NCBI RefSeq assembly: GCF_003334815.1
Contig: NZ_QOWO01000007.1
From: Escherichia coli
GTDB lineage: Bacteria; Pseudomonadota; Gammaproteobacteria; Enterobacterales; Enterobacteriaceae
DNA: 64,000 bases
Strand: one strand, 5' to 3'
Both the position numbers and the translations under genes were made by a program. How positions within the stretch are numbered: the stretch's first letter is position 1; each line of letters opens with the position of its first letter. Below the pieces are notes generated by a model. That model saw nothing but the letters and a program-made list of their open reading frames with translations, was not told where the DNA came from and ran no database searches. Shown in pieces: positions 24,110 to 35,014 of the stretch.

Positions 24110-25471
24110 TTAATATGCGCGCAGCGTCTGGAAAACCGAGGCCAAAAGACGTGCGTCTTTGATGCCCGGTTGCGACTCTACAGCAGAATTAAAATCAAGT
24201 CCGGCGCAGCCGGTTTGTGCCGCTTCCACGCAGTTATCTGCGCCTAAGCCCCCCGCCAGCAGAACGTTGCCAAGCGATTGACCATTTAATAGTGACCAGT
24301 CAAAACGTTGCCCGCTTCCACCCTGGCCGTTGTCTAAAACATATTTATCAACGTGCTGAAACTCGCGGGCGGGCAGGGTTTCACCGACGCTTAATGCTTT
24401 CCAGATGGCAACATGTGCTGGCAGAGCTTCACGCAGCGTATCGATATACAGCTGTTCTTCATTACCATGCAGTTGCACTGCCGCCAGCGATAACACCTTA
24501 GCTTTGTCCACCACATCGGCAATATCGTGATTGCGGAACACGCCAACATACTGCAACGGTGCCGCAGCCATCACTTCCTGCGCCTGTTCAACGTTGACGC
24601 AACGCGGTGATGTCGCAACAAAAATCAACCCACCGTAAATCGCGCCCGCGTCATAAGCTGCTTTAGCATCTTGCCCACGCGTCAGGCCACATACTTTATT
24701 CTCACCCAGCAACACCCGGCGCACGGCGGCGTGCAAATCGTCATGGGCCATCAACGCCGAACCAATCAGAAAACCGTTAGCGAAGTGGCTTAACTCGCGC
24801 ACCTGAGCGTAAGTATTGATGCCGGATTCGCTGATTACCGTCACGTTGTGCCCCAGTTTCGGCGCAAGCTCGCGGGTACGGTTGAGATCAATCGACAAAT
24901 CACGCAGATCGCGGTTGTTGATGCCAACGACCTTTGCTCCCAATGCAATGGCGCGCTCCTGTTCCTCTTCATTACTGACTTCGGTCAGCACCCCCATCTC
25001 CAGACTGTGAGCGACGGCGGCAAGCTGGCGATATTGGTCGTCATCCAGTACTGAAAGCATTAATAAGCAGGCATCGGCCTGGTAATAGCGCGCCAGATAG
25101 ATCTGGTAAGGGTCGATAATGAAGTCTTTACATAAAATCGGCTGCGGGGCGATTTGGCTGACGATGGGGAGGAAATTAAAGCTCCCCTGAAAATATTTCT
25201 CATCAGTCAGCACCGAAATTGCCGAAGCGTAATGTTTATAAATGGCGGCAATGCGTGCTGGATCGAAATCATCACGGATCACGCCTTTTGACGGCGACGC
25301 TTTCTTGCACTCCAGAATAAACGCCGTGCGCGCACCCTGTAGCGCATCATAAAAATGTCGCGTGCTCGGCTGAACCTCATTCTGAAAACTGGCCAGCGGT
25401 TGCTGCTGTTTGCGGGCTTCTACCCAAATCGCCTTGTCTGCGACGATTTTCGCTAAAACGGTTTGCATCAT
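24110..25471 (-). CDS. trpC: bifunctional indole-3-glycerol phosphate synthase / phosphoribosylanthranilate isomerase
   Basis: 453 aa. Confidence 0.97.
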
Positions 25472-27067
25472 TTACCCTCGTGCCGCCAGTGCGGTGACTC
25501 TGTCGTAAGCGGAACCACTGCGCAGTACCTCAAGAACGGTTTGCGCATTGGCTTGCAGATCTTCATGGCCATGCAGGCGCATTAACATGGCGACGTTCGC
25601 AGCGACGGCTGCTTCATGGGCGGCGTCGCCTTTACCTTGTAACAAACGTGTTAAAATGTCACGGTTTTCTTCCGGTGTTCCGCCTGCCAGTTGCTCCTGG
25701 TGGTAGGGTGTCAGGCCAAAGTCTTCTGCGGTGAGCTGATAGCTTTTAATTTCGCCGTCATGCAGTTCGGCAACGATTGTCGGCGCGTGTAATGAAACTT
25801 CATCCATCCCGCCGCTGTGCACCACCGCCGCGCGTTGATACCCCAGCACGCGCAAGGTTTCGGCAATCGGCAGCACCAGTTCCGGACTATAAACACCAAT
25901 TAACGCCAGCGGCGGATGCGCCGGGTTAATCAATGGCCCCAGCACATTGAACAGGGTGCGGGTTTTCAGTTGCTGGCGAACCGGCATCGCGTGGCGGAAT
26001 CCGGTGTGATACTTCGGCGCAAAGAGGAAACATACACCTAACTCATCCAGCGCCTGGCGCGATTTATCGGCGTTCATATCAAGATTAATACCGAACGCCG
26101 CCAGCAGATCGGACGAACCAGATTTACTGGAGACGCTACGGTTGCCGTGTTTCGCCACTTTCAGCCCACAGGCCGCGGCGACAAACGCACTGGCGGTAGA
26201 AATATTGATACTGTTGCTGCCGTCACCGCCAGTACCGACGATATCAGCAAACAGATAATCCGGGCGCGGGAACGGCGCTGCGTTTTCCAGTAGCGCGGTT
26301 GCTGCCCCGGCGATCTCGTTCGGGTGCTCACCGCGAATTTTCATGCTCACCAGCGCCGCCGCCAGTTGTTCCGGCTTCAGCTCGCCACGCACCACCGCTG
26401 AAAACAGCTGGTGGCTTTCTTGTTGGCTAAGCGTCTGCGCCTGATACAGTTTTTCCAGAATCGGTTGCAGCGTGTTGGCTGGCTCTAGTTTCTGCTGCGC
26501 CCAGGCCAGCGTTTGTTCCAGCAGGCGAGCGCCCTGGGTGGTGAGAATGGATTCCGGATGGAACTGGAATCCACAAACGCGATCCGCATCGTGACGTACT
26601 GCCATCACCATGCCATTAAAATGGGCGTTGATGGTTAAACCGGCCGGAATGTTACTGCCAACCAGCGAGTGATAACGCGCCACCGGCAGCGGGTTTGTTA
26701 ATCCGGCAAACATCGCCTGACCGTCATGTTCAATGCTGGAGGCTTTACCGTGGAGAATTTCGCCCGCCTGACCGACATAGCCCCCGTAAGCTTCGACAAT
26801 CGCCTGATGTCCGAGGCAAATGCCAATAATGGGCAGCTTGCCACGCAAGCGGGTGAGGAGTTCCGGCATACAACCGGCTTCGCTCGGCACACCGGGGCCA
26901 GGAGAAAGCATCAGCACCGGATTGCTCATGGTCGCCAGGCGTTCAATTAAGGTTTGCGCCGGAATATGGTTGCGGTAAATCACCACGTTATGCCCATTGC
27001 TGCGCAACTGATCTGCCAGGTTGTACGTAAAAGAGTCGATATTATCGAGCAGCAGAATGTCAGCCAT
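25472..27067 (-). CDS. trpD: anthranilate synthase component II / anthranilate phosphoribosyltransferase
   Basis: 531 aa; glutamine amidotransferase N-domain. Confidence 0.97.
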   Translation of the reverse strand: MADILLLDNIDSFTYNLADQLRSNGHNVVIYRNHIPAQTLIERLATMSNPVLMLSPGPGVPSEAGCMPELLTRLRGKLPIIGICLGHQAIVEAYGGYVGQAGEILHGKASSIEHDGQAMFAGLTNPLPVARYHSLVGSNIPAGLTINAHFNGMVMAVRHDADRVCGFQFHPESILTTQGARLLEQTLAWAQQKLEPANTLQPILEKLYQAQTLSQQESHQLFSAVVRGELKPEQLAAALVSMKIRGEHPNEIAGAATALLENAAPFPRPDYLFADIVGTGGDGSNSINISTASAFVAAACGLKVAKHGNRSVSSKSGSSDLLAAFGINLDMNADKSRQALDELGVCFLFAPKYHTGFRHAMPVRQQLKTRTLFNVLGPLINPAHPPLALIGVYSPELVLPIAETLRVLGYQRAAVVHSGGMDEVSLHAPTIVAELHDGEIKSYQLTAEDFGLTPYHQEQLAGGTPEENRDILTRLLQGKGDAAHEAAVAANVAMLMRLHGHEDLQANAQTVLEVLRSGSAYDRVTALAARG

Positions 27068-28629
27068 CAGAAAGTCTCCTGTGCATGATGCGCGGTGGCA
27101 ATAGCGCGCAGTACAGCGCGGGCTTTGTTACGGGTTTCGTCGGCTTCCGACTGCGGAACAGAATCAAGGACTACACCAGCACCCGCTTGCACGGTGGCGA
27201 TACCGTTTTCCACCAGCGCCGAGCGGATCACAATGCAGGTGTCGAGATCGCCATGCGCGGTGAAATAACCTACCGCGCCGCCGTAGCTGCCGCGGCGACG
27301 ACCTTCCGCCTCGGCAATTAACTGCATAGCGCGTACTTTCGGCGCACCGCTTAACGTCCCCATATTCATACAGGCGCGATAAGCGTGCAGGGCGTCAAGA
27401 TCGTGACGCAGTTCGCCGACTACGCGAGAGACGAGGTGCATCACATAGGAATAACGGTCAACTTTGGTGAGATCGGCGACGTAGCGGCTGCCGGGGGTGC
27501 AAATGCGTGCCAGATCATTACGGGCGAGATCAACCAGCATCAGATGTTCAGACAGCTCTTTATGATCGGTACGCATTTCCAGTTCAATACGGCTGTCGAG
27601 ATCTCTGTCCAGTGAACCATCGGCGCGACGACCGCGTGGGCGTGTTCCGGCAATCGGGTAGATCTCAATCTGGCGGCTGGTGGCATCATACTTGAGCGAG
27701 CTTTCCGGCGACGCGCCAAATAGGGTGAAATCATTATCCTGCATAAAAAACATGTACGGGCTGGGATTACTCTTTTTCAGCACGTAATAGGCCGCCAGCG
27801 GTGACGGGCAGGGCAGAGAGAAACGGCGAGATGGCACCACCTGGAAAATTTCTCCAGCGCGAATCGCTTTTTGCAACAAACGCACTACGCCACCGAACTC
27901 TTCATCGCTCTGATTACATTCACAACGCATATGCGGCACGGAAACCACTGGCAGCGGCGGCGCGGCTTCGGTCAGTTGCTGACGTAGTTCGTTCAGGCGA
28001 GCAGTGAGACGTTGTTTTTCTTCTTCATTCGGAGCAAACAGGCTGGCCTGAATACGGGTGCTTTTTTTCTGATGGTCAATCACCATCAGCGTTTCAGCGA
28101 GATAAAAACAGAAATCAGGGCAGTTATTTTCCGCTGACAGTTGCGGTAAATCTTCAAATCCCGCCACAAGGTCATAAGAGAACAGGCCGCCGAAGAACAT
28201 GGCTTCTCGTTCTTCCTTCGGTACATTCAACAGATTCTGCAATAAACGGAAAGCGTCAAAAACCGAAAGGGAGCATAAGCGGGCGTCTTCATCCAGCAGT
28301 GGACTGACAGGGGGGAAGCGCAGCACACGGCAGTTTGGTGATTGTTCACTTTCCACACCCGCAGGCAGGGCGTTATCCAGTAGTGCCAGCAGGGCTTCGC
28401 CGTTGCCGGAAAGTGCCTGGATTGTGACAGTGTCACCTAAAGCTGTAATGCGCAGCGCACTGTCTACCAGCAGCAGGCTTTTTAAATCATCTTTGCTGTC
28501 GATATCTGCGGATTCCAGCAGCAGCGTTGCCTGACGATCCCCACACAACTGGTGAAAAAGCGCGGTGGGATTGTCGCGATAAGCGCCTTCGCAGGTTAGC
28601 AGTTCGAGAGTCGGTTTTTGTGTTTGCAT
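27067..28629 (-). CDS. trpE: anthranilate synthase component I
   Basis: 520 aa [28 protein letters not shown]; 1-nt overlap with trpD. Confidence 0.97.
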   Translation of the reverse strand: MQTQKPTLELLTCEGAYRDNPTALFHQLCGDRQATLLLESADIDSKDDLKSLLLVDSALRITALGDTVTIQALSGNGEALLALLDNALPAGVESEQSPNCRVLRFPPVSPLLDEDARLCSLSVFDAFRLLQNLLNVPKEEREAMFFGGLFSYDLVAGFEDLPQLSAENNCPDFCFYLAETLMVIDHQKKSTRIQASLFAPNEEEKQRLTARLNELRQQLTEAAPPLPVVSVPHMRCECNQSDEEFGGVVRLLQKAIRAGEIFQVVPSRRFSLPCPSPLAAYYVLKKSNPSPYMFFMQDNDFTLFGASPESSLKYDATSRQIEIYPIAGTRPRGRRADGSLDRDLDSRIELEMRTDHKELSEHLMLVDLARNDLARICTPGSRYVADLTKVDRYSYVMHLVSRVVGELRHDLDALHAYRACMNMGTLSGAPKVRAMQLIAEAEGRRRGSYGGAVGYFTAHGDLDTCIVIRSALVENGIATVQAGAGVVLDSVPQSEADETRNKARAVLRAIATAHHAQETF

Positions 28630-28650
28630 TGTTATTCTCTAATTTTGTTC

Positions 28651-28678
28651 AAAAAAAAGCCCGCTCATTAGGCGGGCT
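28651..28678 (-). terminator. trp attenuator (3:4 terminator hairpin)
   Basis: minus-strand agcccgcctaatgagcgggcttttttttt between trpL and trpE. Confidence 0.95.
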
Positions 28679-28720
28679 GGGTATCTGATTGCTTTACGCA
28701 TGGTGAATACACTGCCCGTT

Positions 28721-28765
28721 TCAGGAAGTGCGCCACCAACCTTTCAGTACGAAAATTGCTTTCAT
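28721..28765 (-). CDS. trpL: trp operon leader peptide
   Basis: minus strand encodes [14 protein letters not shown] with tandem Trp codons. Confidence 0.95.
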
Positions 28766-28794
28766 TGTCGATACCCTTTTTACGTGAACTTGCG

Positions 28795-28830
28795 TACTAG
28801 TTAACTAGTTCGATGATTAATTGTCAACAG
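28795..28830 (-). promoter_or_regulatory. trp promoter with TrpR operator
   Basis: palindrome cgtactagttaactagttcg (operator) and ttgaca -35 on the minus strand. Confidence 0.85.
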
Positions 28831-28902
28831 CTCATTTCAGAATATTTGCCAGAACCGTTATGATGTCGGCGCAAAAAACATTATCCAGAACGGGAGTGCG
28901 CC

Positions 28903-29784
28903 TTGAGCGACACGAATTATGCAGTGATTTACGACCTGCACAGCCATACCACAGCTTCCGATGGCTGCCTGACGCCAGAAGCATTGGTGCACCGTGCAGT
29001 CGAGATGCGCGTCGGCACCCTGGCGATCACCGACCATGACACCACAGCTGCAATCGCGCCAGCAAGAGAGGAAATTTCACGTTCGGGACTGGCGTTGAAT
29101 CTTATTCCCGGCGTGGAAATTTCCACGGTCTGGGAAAATCATGAAATTCATATTGTCGGGCTGAATATTGATATTACTCATCCGCTAATGTGTGAGTTCC
29201 TCGCGCAGCAGACAGAACGGCGCAATCAGCGGGCGCAGCTGATTGCCGAAAGACTTGAAAAAGCGCAAATACCTGGGGCGCTGGAAGGCGCACAACGACT
29301 GGCGCAGGGCGGCGCAGTGACGCGCGGTCATTTTGCGCGTTTCCTTGTTGAGTGCGGCAAAGCCAGTTCAATGGCGGATGTCTTTAAAAAGTATCTGGCG
29401 CGCGGGAAAACCGGATACGTTCCGCCACAGTGGTGTACAATAGAACAAGCTATTGATGTCATTCATCATTCTGGCGGTAAGGCGGTGCTAGCTCATCCTG
29501 GGCGGTACAATCTTAGTGCTAAATGGCTGAAAAGATTGGTTGCGCATTTTGCCGAACACCACGGTGACGCGATGGAAGTCGCGCAGTGCCAGCAATCGCC
29601 CAATGAACGTACCCAGCTGGCGGCCCTTGCGCGTCAGCATCATTTATGGGCATCACAAGGATCTGATTTTCATCAGCCATGCCCGTGGATCGAACTGGGT
29701 CGTAAACTCTGGCTGCCCGCAGGCGTTGAAGGCGTCTGGCAGCTATGGGAACAGCCGCAGAACACCACAGAGAGGGAATTATGA
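28903..29784 (+). CDS. trpH: PHP-domain 5'-3' exoribonuclease (RNase AM)
   Basis: 293 aa MSDTNYAVIYDLHSHTTASDG (PHP motif). Confidence 0.9.
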   Translation: MSDTNYAVIYDLHSHTTASDGCLTPEALVHRAVEMRVGTLAITDHDTTAAIAPAREEISRSGLALNLIPGVEISTVWENHEIHIVGLNIDITHPLMCEFLAQQTERRNQRAQLIAERLEKAQIPGALEGAQRLAQGGAVTRGHFARFLVECGKASSMADVFKKYLARGKTGYVPPQWCTIEQAIDVIHHSGGKAVLAHPGRYNLSAKWLKRLVAHFAEHHGDAMEVAQCQQSPNERTQLAALARQHHLWASQGSDFHQPCPWIELGRKLWLPAGVEGVWQLWEQPQNTTEREL

Positions 29785-30401
29785 GCCAGTTTTTTTATAT
29801 TCATCCTGATAACCCACAGCAACGTCTGATCAACCAGGCGGTGGAGATCGTGCGTAAAGGCGGGGTGATTGTTTATCCAACTGATTCCGGCTATGCGCTC
29901 GGCTGTAAAATTGAAGATAAAAACGCGATGGAGCGTATTTGTCGTATTCGCCAGCTGCCGGACGGTCACAACTTTACCCTGATGTGTCGCGATCTTTCTG
30001 AACTCTCGACCTATTCATTTGTTGATAACGTTGCGTTTCGTTTAATGAAAAACAACACGCCGGGCAACTATACCTTCATCCTGAAGGGGACGAAGGAAGT
30101 GCCACGCCGTCTGTTGCAGGAAAAACGCAAAACCATCGGTATGCGTGTGCCTTCTAACCCTATCGCTCAGGCGTTACTTGAAGCATTGGGCGAACCGATG
30201 CTTTCCACTTCGCTAATGCTGCCAGGCAGCGAATTTACCGAATCGGACCCGGAAGAAATTAAAGATCGTCTGGAAAAACAGGTAGATTTGATTATTCACG
30301 GCGGCTATCTCGGGCAGAAACCGACAACGGTTATTGATCTTACCGATGATACGCCGGTCGTGGTGCGTGAAGGCGTAGGTGATGTGAAGCCTTTCTTATA
30401 A
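29781..30401 (+). CDS. yciO: YrdC/Sua5-family threonylcarbamoyl-AMP synthase paralog
   Basis: 206 aa from MSQFFYIHPDNPQQRLINQAVEIVRKGGVIVYPTDSGYALG; 4-nt overlap with trpH. Confidence 0.88.
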   Translation: MSQFFYIHPDNPQQRLINQAVEIVRKGGVIVYPTDSGYALGCKIEDKNAMERICRIRQLPDGHNFTLMCRDLSELSTYSFVDNVAFRLMKNNTPGNYTFILKGTKEVPRRLLQEKRKTIGMRVPSNPIAQALLEALGEPMLSTSLMLPGSEFTESDPEEIKDRLEKQVDLIIHGGYLGQKPTTVIDLTDDTPVVVREGVGDVKPFL

Positions 30402-30428
30402 CAAATTGCGTTCCACGGATGGAAGACT

Positions 30429-32324
30429 ATGGCAGGGAAGTTTCGCTGCATTTTGCTGTTGATAGCAGGGCTGTTTGTATCATCTCTAAGTTATGCAGAA
30501 AACACGGAGATCCCTTCTTATGAAGAAGGGATCTCGCTCTTTGATGTTGAAGCCACTCTGCAACCAGATGGGGTGCTCGACATCAAAGAAAATATTCATT
30601 TTCAGGCGCGAAATCAGCAGATTAAGCACGGCTTTTATCGTGATTTACCACGACTATGGATGCAGCCTGATGGGGACGCTGCACTGCTGAACTATCATAT
30701 TGTTGGCGTCACCCGTGATGGTATTCCTGAACCCTGGCATCTTGACTGGCATATCGGGTTAATGAGTATTGTCGTGGGCGATAAACAACGTTTCTTGCCT
30801 CAAGGCGACTATCATTATCAAATTCATTATCAGGTTAAAAATGCTTTCCTGCGTGAGGGGGATTCTGATCTGCTAATCTGGAACGTGACCGGTAACCACT
30901 GGCCGTTTGAAATTTATAAGACCCGTTTTTCTCTCCAGTTCTCTAATATTGCGGGTAATCCATTTAGCGAAATCGATCTCTTTACCGGAGAAGAGGGCGA
31001 CACATATCGTAATGGCCGCATCCTTGAGGACGGAAGAATTGAATCCCGCGATCCGTTTTATCGTGAAGATTTCACGGTCCTCTACCGCTGGCCTCACGCT
31101 TTACTTAGCAATGCCTCGGCTCCGCAAACGACGAATATTTTCAGCCATCTTCTTTTACCCTCCACGTCATCGTTGTTAATTTGGTTTCCGTGTCTGTTCC
31201 TGGTTTGTGGATGGTTATATCTCTGGAAGCGCAGGCCGCAATTTACGCCGGTAGATGTGATTGAAACCGATGTCATTCCGCCAGATTACACGCCCGGCAT
31301 GTTACGTCTCGATGCGAAGCTAGTTTACGACGATAAAGGTTTTTGTGCCGATATCGTAAATCTGATTGTGAAAGGAAAAATTCATCTGGAAGATCAGTCT
31401 GACAAGAACCAGCAAATCCTGATTCGTGTTAATGAAGGCGCGACCAGAAATAATGCGGTATTACTGCCCGCAGAGCAGTTATTACTGGAAGCGTTATTTC
31501 GTAAAGGCGATAAGGTCGTTCTTACGGGGAGACGCAACAGAGTCTTACGCAGGGCATTTTTACGGATGCAGAAATTTTATCTGCCGCGTAAAAAGTCTTC
31601 GTTTTACCGGTCTGATACTTTTTTGCAATGGGGTGGACTGGCAATATTGGCGGTCATTCTTTACGGTAACTTGAGTCCTGTAGGCTGGGCAGGAATGAGT
31701 CTGGTGGGCGATATGTTTATTATGATCTGCTGGATTATTCCTTTTTTATTTTGTTCCCTTGAGCTTTTGTTTGCCCGCGATGATGACAAGCCTTGCGTTA
31801 ATCGTGTAATCATCACTTTGTTTTTACCACTGATTTGTTCAGGCGTGGCCTTCTATTCTCTCTACATCAATGTCGGAGATGTATTCTTTTACTGGTATAT
31901 GCCAGCGGGTTATTTTACCGCTGTTTGCCTGACCGGTTATCTCACTGGCATGGGGTATATTTTTCTGCCAAAGTTTACCCAAACTGGACAGCAACGTTAT
32001 GCCCACGGTGAAGCTATCGTTAACTATCTTGCGCGTAAAGAGGCAGCAACACACAGTGGACGTCGGCGGAAAGGGGAAACACGGAAACTGGATTACGCGT
32101 TGCTAGGTTGGGCTATATCGGCAAATTTGGGGAGGGAATGGGCGTTACGCATTGCCCCTTCGCTTTCTTCGGCGATTCGCGCTCCAGAGATTGCCCGTAA
32201 CGGCGTTTTATTCTCATTACAGACGCACCTAAGTTGCGGGGCCAATACCAGTTTGTTGGGGCGAAGTTATTCCGGTGGTGGTGCTGGCGGCGGCGCGGGT
32301 GGCGGAGGCGGTGGTGGCTGGTAA
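30429..32324 (+). CDS. yciQ: DUF2207 inner membrane protein, function unknown
   Basis: 631-aa ORF with signal/anchor, several TM helices and Gly-rich C-terminus. Confidence 0.8.
   Translation: MAGKFRCILLLIAGLFVSSLSYAENTEIPSYEEGISLFDVEATLQPDGVLDIKENIHFQARNQQIKHGFYRDLPRLWMQPDGDAALLNYHIVGVTRDGIPEPWHLDWHIGLMSIVVGDKQRFLPQGDYHYQIHYQVKNAFLREGDSDLLIWNVTGNHWPFEIYKTRFSLQFSNIAGNPFSEIDLFTGEEGDTYRNGRILEDGRIESRDPFYREDFTVLYRWPHALLSNASAPQTTNIFSHLLLPSTSSLLIWFPCLFLVCGWLYLWKRRPQFTPVDVIETDVIPPDYTPGMLRLDAKLVYDDKGFCADIVNLIVKGKIHLEDQSDKNQQILIRVNEGATRNNAVLLPAEQLLLEALFRKGDKVVLTGRRNRVLRRAFLRMQKFYLPRKKSSFYRSDTFLQWGGLAILAVILYGNLSPVGWAGMSLVGDMFIMICWIIPFLFCSLELLFARDDDKPCVNRVIITLFLPLICSGVAFYSLYINVGDVFFYWYMPAGYFTAVCLTGYLTGMGYIFLPKFTQTGQQRYAHGEAIVNYLARKEAATHSGRRRKGETRKLDYALLGWAISANLGREWALRIAPSLSSAIRAPEIARNGVLFSLQTHLSCGANTSLLGRSYSGGGAGGGAGGGGGGGW
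32271..32321 (+). repeat. glycine-codon microsatellite at yciQ 3' end
   Basis: ggtggtggtgctggcggcggcgcgggtggcggaggcggtggtggc encoding GGGAGGGAGGGGGGG. Confidence 0.9.
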
Positions 32325-32534
32325 TTAAGCTGATGTTAATCGAAACAAGCTTTAACCATAAAGATAGTGTAGTATGTTGCGCCTCAAAGCCAGGCCGATA
32401 AACGTCGAGTCGTTTACTTAAGGCCTGAAGAGTTCAAACAGACTTTACTATCAGTGAGTCAGATGTAAGTTCTGACTCACTGTTGCACAAAAGCATATCA
32501 GACGCCTGGGAAGGCGACACCAAAAGGAAGCTCT

Positions 32535-33410
32535 ATGAGCGAAAAGCTACAGAAAGTGCTGGCGCGTGCCGGCCACGGTTCTCGCCGTGAAATCGAATCT
32601 ATTATTGAAGCCGGTCGTGTGAGTGTTGATGGCAAAATTGCTAAACTCGGCGATCGTGTTGAAGTTACCCCTGGATTGAAAATCCGTATCGATGGTCACC
32701 TGATTTCGGTACGTGAGTCCGCTGAACAAATTTGTCGCGTTCTGGCCTATTACAAACCGGAAGGTGAGTTGTGTACCCGTAACGATCCGGAAGGACGTCC
32801 AACGGTGTTTGACCGTCTGCCAAAACTGCGTGGCGCACGCTGGATTGCCGTGGGTCGCTTGGACGTTAATACCTGTGGTCTGCTGCTGTTCACCACCGAT
32901 GGTGAACTGGCAAACCGTTTAATGCACCCAAGCCGTGAAGTTGAACGTGAATATGCCGTGCGTGTATTTGGTCAGGTTGACGACGCGAAACTGCGTGATT
33001 TGAGTCGTGGCGTGCAGTTGGAAGATGGTCCGGCAGCTTTTAAAACCATCAAGTTCAGCGGCGGCGAAGGGATCAACCAGTGGTACAACGTGACTCTGAC
33101 CGAAGGCCGTAACCGTGAAGTTCGTCGTCTGTGGGAAGCGGTTGGTGTGCAGGTGAGCCGCCTGATCCGTGTTCGTTACGGTGATATCCCACTGCCAAAA
33201 GGTCTGCCACGCGGTGGCTGGACGGAGCTGGACCTCGCCCAGACTAACTATCTGCGCGAACTGGTGGAGCTACCGCCAGAAACCAGCTCTAAAGTCGCTG
33301 TAGAAAAAGACCGTCGTCGCATGAAGGCGAATCAGATTCGTCGTGCGGTGAAACGTCACAGTCAGGTGAGCGGCGGTCGTCGTTCTGGCGGACGTAATAA
33401 TAACGGTTAA
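32535..33410 (+). CDS. rluB: 23S rRNA pseudouridine synthase B
   Basis: 291 aa; S4 domain followed by RsuA-type catalytic domain, basic C-tail. Confidence 0.93.
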
Positions 33411-33417
33411 TCAAAGT

Positions 33418-33446
33418 ATGCCGGACGTCATATCCGGCATTTTTAC
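33418..33446. terminator. hairpin terminator between rluB and btuR
   Basis: gccggacgtcatatccggc followed by atttttac. Confidence 0.7.
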
Positions 33447-33449
33447 AGA

Positions 33450-34040
33450 TTAATAATCGATCCCTATCTGCGCTTTTACACCGGCATCAAACGCATGTTT
33501 GACGGGGCGTAATTCACTTACCGTATCTGCCAGTTCAAGAATATCCCGATGACAACCACGACCCGTGATAATCACCGTCTGTTGATGTGGACGTTCATTT
33601 AACGCCTGCACCACTTCTTCCAGTGGCAAATAGTCATACGCCACCATATACGTCAGTTCATCAAGCAAAACCATATCCAGTGAGGAATCAGCAAGCATCC
33701 GCTTTGCATGTTGCCAGACTTCGCGGCAGGCGGCGGTATCAGACTCGCGGTTTTGTGTATCCCAGGTAAAGCCCGTTGCCATCACCTGAAACTCAACGCC
33801 ATGTGGCTCCAGCAGATTGCGTTCGCCATTAGGCCAGGTGCCTTTAATAAACTGCACGACGCCTACTTTTTTTCCGTGACCAACTGCGCGTGTTGCCGTA
33901 CCAAATGCCGCGGTGGTTTTGCCTTTTCCATTGCCGGTAAAGACGATGATAATACCGCGTTCATCCTGGGCCTGGGCCACACGAGCATCTACTTTTTCTT
34001 TCACTCGCTGCTGACGCTGTTGGTAGCGTTCATCACTCAT
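33450..34040 (-). CDS. btuR: cob(I)alamin adenosyltransferase
   Basis: 196 aa with P-loop GNGKGKTTAAFG; also called cobA. Confidence 0.92.
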   Translation of the reverse strand: MSDERYQQRQQRVKEKVDARVAQAQDERGIIIVFTGNGKGKTTAAFGTATRAVGHGKKVGVVQFIKGTWPNGERNLLEPHGVEFQVMATGFTWDTQNRESDTAACREVWQHAKRMLADSSLDMVLLDELTYMVAYDYLPLEEVVQALNERPHQQTVIITGRGCHRDILELADTVSELRPVKHAFDAGVKAQIGIDY

Positions 34041-34795
34041 TGGGAAATTCCTGGTTTACGGCCCGGTTGGGCGTCAAAGGTCATGCCGGTTTTACGGCGG
34101 CTGTCATCGCCCATCAGCCAGAGGTAGAGCGGCATGATATCAGCGGGTGTTTTAAGTTTCTGTGGATCTTCGGTCGGGAAGGCGCTGGCACGCATTGCGG
34201 TGCGCGTACCGCCTGGGTTAATGCAGTTGACACGCAGGCGCTGCTGATATTCATCGGCCAGTACCTGCATCATCCCTTCGGTGGCAAATTTCGACGCTGC
34301 ATATGCACCCCAGTTGGCTCGTCCCTGACGTCCAACGCTTGATGAAGTAAAGACCAGTGAACCGGCGTCCGATTTGAGTAATAAAGGAAGCAGTGCCTGG
34401 GTGAGCATAAAGGTGGCATTAACGTTGACCTGCATGACGTCCTGCCAGACCTGCGGATTTTGTTCGCTCATTGGGCAAACATCGCCGAGCAATCCGGCAT
34501 TATGCAAAACACCATCCAGACGCGGATAATTAACGGCAATGCGCTGTGCCAGTTGTTGGCAATTTTCGGACGTGCAGGTCAGCAAATCGAGAATAAACCA
34601 CTGTGGCTGACGCCCAGTTTCTTCGTTTATGTGGCTGGCTACCTGACGTAATTTTTCTTCATTACGGCCCAACAGAATCACTGTCGCACCATAGCGTGCA
34701 TACGTCATCGCGGCTTCACGACCAATACCATCGCTGGCTCCCGTCACCAGGATAATGCGATCATTGAGTAAATCTTGTTTTGGCTGGTAATGCAT
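34037..34795 (-). CDS. yciK: SDR-family oxidoreductase
   Basis: 252 aa with Rossmann motif TGASDGIG and YxxxK; 4-nt overlap with btuR. Confidence 0.9.
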   Translation of the reverse strand: MHYQPKQDLLNDRIILVTGASDGIGREAAMTYARYGATVILLGRNEEKLRQVASHINEETGRQPQWFILDLLTCTSENCQQLAQRIAVNYPRLDGVLHNAGLLGDVCPMSEQNPQVWQDVMQVNVNATFMLTQALLPLLLKSDAGSLVFTSSSVGRQGRANWGAYAASKFATEGMMQVLADEYQQRLRVNCINPGGTRTAMRASAFPTEDPQKLKTPADIMPLYLWLMGDDSRRKTGMTFDAQPGRKPGISQ

Positions 34796-35014
34796 GGCTA
34801 CTCCTCAACGACGTTGTCTGTCGCGCTGCCAGTGTACTTTATGACTTTGGGGCTTTATGCCTGAAACAGAAGGGCATTTCAATCAGCCTGGGGCGATAAC
34901 ACCGCAAAATGGATACTTTGTCATACTTTCGCTGCAATAACATCTCTGCGAGACGGCTTAACATGCCTGTTGTAAACTGTGAGCCAAAGCGTTGTTTAAC
35001 CAAGGTGGGGACTC

